DNA from: a virus
DNA length: 63,482 bases
Strand: one strand, 5' to 3'
IMG/VR virus record: IMGVR_UViG_3300000303_000014
Coordinates: 1 to 63,482 of that record
Part shown: piece by piece, positions 61,301 to 63,482 of the stretch
How the letters are laid out: each line of letters opens with the position of its first letter
Position numbering within the stretch: position 1 is the stretch's first letter
Made by a program: the position numbers and the translations under genes
The notes under the pieces: model-generated
What the model was told of the DNA's origin: nothing
The model's input: the letters and a program-made list of their open reading frames with translations, nothing else
Database searches by the model: none

Positions 61301-63482
61301 TCCGGAGGATTATATACGCCAAGTCATTTCTACCATTGAAAAGGAGGACGAGGCAAGAATTGCCGCAGAGGAAGCCCGTTATGAGCGGTCAAAGGTAAGG
61401 GCGCAGGAAGATATTGCCAAGCAGACCGAGAAAATCAACCGCCAGCAGAAACGTACCGCCGAAGAAAAGCAAGCCGCCATTGCCGACTACGTGAGAGAGA
61501 CCAATGAGAATGTGGAAACCAAGCATAACGACAACATAGTGCGCCTCAATACGAACAGCGATATGCTGAAACAGCGTCTGCACATGTTTGAAGTCGGGAA
61601 GTCGTACCTCATGCCTGACAATCTTGAAAGCATGGTGTTCGATTTTTCCACGCCAGCCATATTCTGCGGCTACAAAGCAAAGGACAGCAAGATAACCGCC
61701 TCGACCACGCTTGCCGTATTTGCGACCCTTGACGGACGCAGACGTGTTGAAGTCAAACTATCCGATATAGCGGCACTGCGAAGCATCTACAAGACAACCA
61801 ATGACAATTGGGATGCCGCACGTTCCACCACGCTTGAAAACTGGGACAGCCAAATACCGACAGGCACACGAAAGACCGGCTATATCATGACAGGGAACAT
61901 CCTGCAAGCCATTGCCGACACCCAAGACGAAAGAGGAGGTTTCCCCGGCCAGCTTATCAGTTACACCGACATTGACGGGAACGTGCATGACGGCATATTG
62001 ATGCCCGACAAATGGAACAGGTCTATGTTGAAAACCAGCGGTGCGCCCATCATCAGCCGTATCAAACAGATAAAAGATTATATGCCTGTAGCCAGCCATG
62101 ACGGTAAAGTGGAGATTACAGGCAGCAGTTGGGCGAAAATGTATTACCTGACCGTGCCCAAGACGAAAAAAGACGGTGCTGTTTATTACGAGAACAAGAC
62201 GTTGCTTCGTTCCGTCAATGGCGGGAACTTCTATCCTTACCGTGGGAAGTTGCGTGCGGACATTCCGGCAGAGCATATTGAAAGCGTGGTAAAGGAGTTG
62301 TCAAAGTTGGGCGTAAAGGTACAGGAAGAGGATAAAGAGGATGACGTTATGCTTCGTAACGGAAATGGCGCACTGACTGATGATGACTTGGCCAATGCAA
62401 ATGACCCTATGTCCAAGTTGCTGGGCAAGTCCACGAGGACGGCACGGCAGCGAAAGGCATTCGCCGAGCGTGAACGTGGTCGCATGGTGGAACGTGTACG
62501 AGAGCTTGCCGAAACGCTGCATCTTGACAACGTGGACATCGTAACCGATGCGTCCACGTTGCAAGGCAACCGGGCAAAGGCCAAAGGCTTCTATTCACGC
62601 AGTACAGGACGCATTACGATAGTTATACCGAATCAAACGAGCGTGTTCGATGCGGAACAGACACTGCTGCATGAAGCCGTGGCCCACTACGGACTTCGTG
62701 AGTTGTTCGGCGAGCATTTCGACACGTTCCTTGATAACGTGTTCCAAAATGCCGATACGGATGTGCGCAGACACATTGTAGAGCTGGCAGAACGGCGCGG
62801 TTGGGATTTCAGGACGGCCACTGAGGAATACTTGGCATCATTGGCCGAGAATACGAATTTCGAGAACGTTAATGCAAGCTGGTGGAGCAAGATAAAGGAA
62901 CTGTTCCTACGGATGCTCCACAAGATAGGCTTTGAGGACTTCTCCGGCGTAACCTTGTCGGACAATGAACTCCGCTATATCTTGTGGCGCAGCTACGAGA
63001 ACCTTGCAGAGCCAGGAAGATACCGCAGCATCTTAGGGGAAGCCGCAGACGTGGCCAAACAGCATGAGTTAAAGGTCGGGAACTACGCCGTTGTAAGCAG
63101 TGAGGGCAGAAATGTTGCCGACAATGACCTTTACAGGGACGGCGCACCCGAAGTGCATGAACGTGTGTATGCCCGTAGGCGTTATGAAGAAATGGTAAAA
63201 CGTGGAATGTACCAAGTGCAGGAGGCATTGCAAGACAGTATGCTCGGACTTCGAGAAGCCATGAACGCCATTCTTCGTGGAGAAGGTAAGAAAAAGGTGA
63301 ATATCGAGGACGTGGACGGCTTCGAGAACGCCTACTTAGGAGAAAACAGGTTGTCTTCGGTCAACAAGGCCGAAGCGGACGCTTTCGCCCACCTGCTGTT
63401 TAAGCCGCTGCTGGACGAAGTGGCCAAACTTGCGCCCAACGAAGATGCACGGATAACGCTCACTGATTACATGATGGCAAAG
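49305..63482 (+). CDS. Giant polyvalent protein, N-terminal 4,726 codons within the window. The ORF continues through the junction to 2706, for about 5,609 aa in total.
   Basis: It starts at the first ATG after an in-frame TAA at 49290. None of the + strand ORFs the track lists between 49305 and the window end lies in this frame, consistent with a frame that runs off the end without a stop. I hand-translated several segments and they are coding. All long antisense ORFs in this span are shadows. Confidence 0.85.
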   Translation, partial: MPNKITYTITTSDGKSHQVSEENINKYGMQSYASAYKGATIRMRDKDGADYDIPLGNYDDAQRQGLHPFRFNHTPDNTDIRQEREPQETQNTQTQEQKPWKPTAQQRAVMTANLEGISRSAQRTMEDFNERMDNLQEYGKRFGGGQTVSGGLRFNPGTKKMERTYLTPTGDRTFNKGAADKVSREYREAVDTTVGGQIRRAQRRLEELQEKARQRQQEIHDKWEQDYTNNKAPLAAVLAADTYVPSFDSDQTYRALQVAIRQTQEQLKTLQEQQDRDNGVDVGFWRGFGRAAGDIRSWDFGIGDMKDALTMLRASDDKHGLPPTDQEKEANQEMLKAIHENQQTEAMYGGNASFWNRAGMMTGYMPSFMVDFALTGGGFEGINLATRAAGKAATKMLGKEAVKEMAEQGFKMYVKRNGLKGLGQEAANWTVKALGTTADELLIRAPLMTNTVQLGDTAADIIDRKLGDVEVDENGNYDFTNDKTWGSAVWQGEANSIIENYSEMFGTHLPEAASLENLGRLANVIGAKRLSGVLSRANAGALGGITDTTRRIFGQMGVSDYLGEVSEEYYGQLWRTMLNLDDAYQQNADGTRTNLFATGQFHGDIWGGMALSMGLMGAGKATLSGANYLAMKHDVNKADARAGELLTPEIWEPLRSTIDMATNDNVGDVAETIINDKELTNEEKAAVMNYMERSLYLRGANLSELVNSRGGVQDERKQQANDSYIDGYNAQSGEEMQDARNMYELQRQKAEQALSPEMLAEIDADPIGALQDLVDDSEAGQTAIDYINAKQVYDGMIQRVRDDIDSRIDQSNAMIDSRVNRASGMIQGATMKVQNDDGKDRRVYVLDGNLATLPDGAGIDHENSDGSIIIRDADTGAIEMVSPDAIFSVEQPIDPETEKMTAAEAIRQQFAAEAAGRIDGVVAFNPGDTYTLTDENGQAVQIQIMANQDGLVDNGDGTVNVSSDGGQTIVPMSKEDIQAMVDATNRARVARLEEERGTIRTQQPTYSLNEEITITDENGNTVRGSITADANEDGQYEVYTEAPINGRKVNLFTAEELDRLRAVSDENFQQNGEGAMENGNNGAENIPQNGNIEPQNIPAPTETLQVDGETLQENLQAGTDGASALERIPKDEQGQPLYEQADPETAWDAIVEQTEGDEAMAQSVADSMVADKEAELKKIEKVKPKTGTTIAEKIAAERERKNAVEQAKANLALWQKIAQTSQRRKQAALAEQSKAAEEAARLRRAEEEKLRAEREEAERIRREALNGVPDFVEDTPQDARARGFRRVNGNKVDRQQAIPTRQGNEVQVKFDDNNIPTGHVSLIDASQLQPSHINGQRNPLHFIDEAQPKERNDEASVMSARKIAANIRPEEITSSVTAYTGAPTVNTRGEVIQGNNRSAALREMWAEHPEQATKYKQYLTEHAADFGLAPEDVEAMQQPVLVNMVDVPDDEAISLGQFVAQDTESGGTERIKPKNIVQKMGDDMKGFAGRLLASPDEEMTFSELVDRNGMDVLKWMQAKNYITPTQYRSAFDSKGNLTGEAKNDLKGIMYQSIFQNGNTHLEEMFGALPAKAQKAILATAYRDYDSPNSERMNAELQASINAYYALSQMPDFANAKNYKEARKAAEAWKRQLSFDDVTGESYLPSERYSNFALLLATMYKGQTQVFIQNTLKNIFDLVQGTKEATLFEEPNNTPRTLVEAVNETMNGLSDELLLNENFIYNGQRRNNVLAGGSAAGQQGRQGSGGGTPSGERVEGGDGTADRPGGTGSGSTEEEIERREAELASRVEVSDDDWQEGDNEKPTYKRSILIDGKHTATQVDQPDKDGHYTGSYFEFDNKRFGDIAEIVDYIDSGHTLASKIAQAEAETDTEPTEAQKEAGNYKKGHVRIGQFDITVENPKGSVRRGTDASGKAWEQTMQNTYGYIRGTEGVDGDHIDVFLTNDIDGWNGRRVYIIDQYNEDGTFDEHKVMLGFNDEADAQDAYLSNYEKGWSFKHKLVLSSVNLPDFENWINSSHRKTKPFAEYKSVNKADVSNEPNVPEAGFEIAPAQYTTKRGKVLDMFLVTFAEPLSKEQQRAARELAKAEKGWYDRDKGGFMMRSEESACKLADTITGNEEAVSDAQPLSLADTRKLEEPVMRQVDVEGLMQEIHEKGEAKLSDHFVPQSEQNEGTTPDADKVVDDFRDSTFGKGMSIEDYLETVSDVALDVLEEAYKDNNNITAAIEQEKWFRKNNARRDTKPQQVNIEGLVDDLRESGEAKLSDHFVPQPEQKEENYTQKTENSEQEEGNAYGASNKLVSRERYEQLKARMRNKLGGQLNMGIDPEILAIGTEMAAYHIEAGARKFADYATHMIADLGDAIRPYLKSFYNGARDLPEVQESGLAGEMTAYDEVRTFDVANFDKGHSDALATAEMVVQEQEADKQADEAKEKLINQRNEQRRKEDEQTTADTTAIASKAEAVASKAESDIEAAATEQQVNNAVESIDKQLEEVNKQLALLGYYEAEPVESDFNEAYGYMRNAEKKAVKDANNLAKRLVNDLGIDPNKIVDKKGKKRRSIATANIAPAGGEISIYLPLSSEANLYLSIGLAPTYDRKASTPLINRGKGGRWEGDNLEVEHIMYRIEQPNSNGSERYGSNNFADTDVTYSDLLKDIRRISKKYLPIKEEAKEESGEKNKPKDAKNKKKSVSSQTQVADLFGGLFEENASTETVASQGNELNRKFAMTVKDDMLAALDNGTKPYRSILDLRKRASGLGMEVDNDGRTDILLQELVEDGLVRAAREVAERHGSDSRETYDLICKLYEMQPTIAARSSNRIKMQQYSTPLPMAWNASRFVMTGKKDGKVLEPTAGNGMLVFAIPAGQVHANELDGTRLANLREQGFAQVTQQDATEPFEGGEQYDVVIANPPFGRREAVDYDGKLISGLDPQITLNALASMKDDGRAAIIIGGNMGYGANGAINNMKPFFTYLYDHYNVKGVVDMDGSLYAKQGTTYPTRMILIDGRRSDEERAQSAVYPPVQSKAIRKADSFEALYDIIDEVINSKDKTNGTEILRSQQGQLVSVTDKPSRNTDGKGHREQPRTNDDARSRGRERRNKPENNSGRSQQVLPRERREDNRNGETRNEVSGNTAGGSRGVSEPDVQRVGAVGASTERVGLIPQRTTEQPKKRTLTEEKSAYRPHNSAFSLQSVAPAAMVEAMDRVLSQIEEKHGSIDEFVRKELGYDTIDEAHQALAAEQIDSVAMAIYQMKQGQALIIGDQTGVGKGRQMAALIRWAVKRGEKPIFITQKADLFSDIYRDLVDIGSGDLVPFIFNSDGAMVDSNGNTVHKPLSSKEMAKVFATGVLPDEYDFAVLTYSQVNTGDEVSQKEMEEAAKKNGARSKKSKNVKSGKATPKATFLRAIAEDNYLFLDESHTAAGSSNTGAYLQSILRSAKAATFASATFAKRPDTMPLYAIRTAMSQAKVEPDKLISIIEKGGVTLQEIMSRELTNAGQMVRRERDMSDVVTDWKTINDPETVRRARENYDRTIAAFNAIIKFQEDYVKPMVDAMDKELAVMAESAGIKRGTDKMGVENVPFASKTYNYTKQLMLALKVDAIANEVDAEIKAGRHPVIALESTMESSIKDYSAGEVIAEPTFSASLLRGLDTVMQYTIKDENGKEQHARYSPKQLGSAGEKAYYELQDFIRESTSDIFISPLDAIIERLHDMGYKVGELTGRNLYVERDSEGRVVVKRRTDKDKKRMQREFNNGELDVLILNKSASTGISLHASEKFSDQRQRTMIIAQPLSDINDYMQMIGRIDRTGQVHRGYYINLGLPVPAENRFLMMLSTKLKSLNANTTTSQDSESNEVEAPDLLNKYGSQVVVEYLRDNPDIYDKMGTPLKKGGEGGGRVQTSELDEYKPQEDDARKITGYVALLTTQEQEEFYDDVVRRYNELIKYLNDTGNNDLKITVMPLRAKTLEKRVSSEGIDPTGANPFAQNSYVEQVEMDVLRKPMKAAEIRKTIEQVNKGKRPEDYIRQVISTIEKEDEARIAAEEARYERSKVRAQEDIAKQTEKINRQQKRTAEEKQAAIADYVRETNENVETKHNDNIVRLNTNSDMLKQRLHMFEVGKSYLMPDNLESMVFDFSTPAIFCGYKAKDSKITASTTLAVFATLDGRRRVEVKLSDIAALRSIYKTTNDNWDAARSTTLENWDSQIPTGTRKTGYIMTGNILQAIADTQDERGGFPGQLISYTDIDGNVHDGILMPDKWNRSMLKTSGAPIISRIKQIKDYMPVASHDGKVEITGSSWAKMYYLTVPKTKKDGAVYYENKTLLRSVNGGNFYPYRGKLRADIPAEHIESVVKELSKLGVKVQEEDKEDDVMLRNGNGALTDDDLANANDPMSKLLGKSTRTARQRKAFAERERGRMVERVRELAETLHLDNVDIVTDASTLQGNRAKAKGFYSRSTGRITIVIPNQTSVFDAEQTLLHEAVAHYGLRELFGEHFDTFLDNVFQNADTDVRRHIVELAERRGWDFRTATEEYLASLAENTNFENVNASWWSKIKELFLRMLHKIGFEDFSGVTLSDNELRYILWRSYENLAEPGRYRSILGEAADVAKQHELKVGNYAVVSSEGRNVADNDLYRDGAPEVHERVYARRRYEEMVKRGMYQVQEALQDSMLGLREAMNAILRGEGKKKVNIEDVDGFENAYLGENRLSSVNKAEADAFAHLLFKPLLDEVAKLAPNEDARITLTDYMMAK
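53235..53530 (+). other. DdrB-like ParB/sulfiredoxin-superfamily domain within the giant protein
   Basis: The hand translation reads HVSLIDASQLQPSHINGQRNP...EAQPKERNDEASVMSARKIAANIRPEEITSSVTAYTGAPTVNTRGEVIQGNNRSAALREMW. It matches the LQPRDR...GAPIV...GNGR pattern of polyvalent-protein ParB domains. Confidence 0.55.
54936..55125 (+). other. Inorganic-pyrophosphatase-like module within the giant protein
   Basis: The hand translation reads GNYKKGHVRIGQFDITVENPKGSVRRGTDASGKAWEQTMQNTYGYIRGTEGVDGDHIDVFL. It resembles the family I PPase core (E.P.G...YG.IP.T...DGDP.DV). Confidence 0.4.
57740..58300 (+). other. N6-adenine DNA methyltransferase domain within the giant protein
   Basis: It carries QQYSTP, motif I VLEPTAGNG (57813..57839), and motif IV NPPF (57996..58007). 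Confidence 0.8.
58980..60700 (+). other. Strawberry-notch/SNF2-like superfamily 2 helicase domain within the giant protein
   Basis: It carries motif I GDQTGVGKGRQ (59043..59075), motif II DESH (59502..59513), and LILNKSASTGISLHA followed by QMIGRIDRTGQ (60648..60680). Confidence 0.8.
62560..62790 (+). other. Zincin-like metallopeptidase domain (polyvalent-protein type) within the giant protein
   Basis: The region reads AKGFYSRSTGRITIVIPNQTSVFDAEQTLLHEAVAHYGLRELFG. The HEAVAH motif lies at 62670..62687. Confidence 0.6.
63429..63482. repeat. Terminal direct repeat, copy 2 (identical to 1..54)
   Basis: Exact 54-nt identity with the window start. It implies a unit length of 63,428 bp. Confidence 0.9.

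Noticed and set aside
49230-63228. Dozens of long - strand ORFs across the giant gene, for example 52221..53261 (346 aa), 53280..54197 (305 aa) and 57342..58337 (331 aa).
   Set aside because: They all lie antisense to one continuous, motif-bearing + strand frame. Their translations are low-complexity or Cys/Arg/His-rich with no motifs, so they are shadow ORFs of a long GC-balanced gene.
1-63482. Search by eye for tRNA or tmRNA genes, or a tRNA-derived attP core, in the intergenic regions 5253..5422, 8795..8915, 24891..24997, 44973..45322 and 46805..47363.
   Set aside because: I saw no cloverleaf-compatible segment or GTTCGAATC-like T-loop. Without a tRNA scanner this is a weak negative, so nothing is reported.

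Overview
The window appears to be a complete, circularly closed genome of a temperate Bacteroidales-type dsDNA phage or excised prophage. The first 54 nt are repeated exactly as the last 54 nt, giving a unit length of 63,428 bp by my hand count. All coordinates of small elements are hand-counted. No homology search, tRNA scan or folding could be run.

Gene modules:
- **Structural and late genes (+ strand):** portal, scaffold-like protein, major capsid protein, tail fibre-like proteins, then a lysis cassette of holin, T7-lysozyme-type amidase and unimolecular spanin.
- **Packaging operon (- strand):** contains terL and, unusually, a rhomboid intramembrane protease.
- **Early operon (- strand, 43390 down to 24998):** RecT, PD-(D/E)xK exonuclease, SNF2 helicase, HU, VRR-NUC, a DnaD-like initiator, a DnaC-like loader, a radical SAM enzyme, YopX, a C5 cytosine methyltransferase and a DUF4406-like protein.
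- **Lysogeny module:** XRE repressor with TGATTTA operators, two AT-rich moron genes, and a tyrosine integrase.

Most notable elements:
1. **A diversity-generating retroelement (DGR).** The variable repeat VR (19517..19631) lies at the 3' end of a 554-aa tail-module gene. The template repeat TR (20204..20318) lies upstream of a reverse transcriptase (RT) gene at 20529..21827. All 15 VR/TR mismatches fall on TR adenines. No canonical Avd (DGR accessory variability determinant) is present.
2. **A single giant ORF of about 5,609 aa.** It runs 49305..63482 and continues across the junction to 2706. It is a polyvalent protein with ParB-like, pyrophosphatase-like, N6-adenine methylase, Sno/SNF2-type helicase and HExxH metallopeptidase modules.
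3. **Two 5-copy arrays of a palindromic 17-mer** phased at exactly 21 bp, lying between int and a small basic protein gene.

I saw no tRNA, rRNA or CRISPR array.
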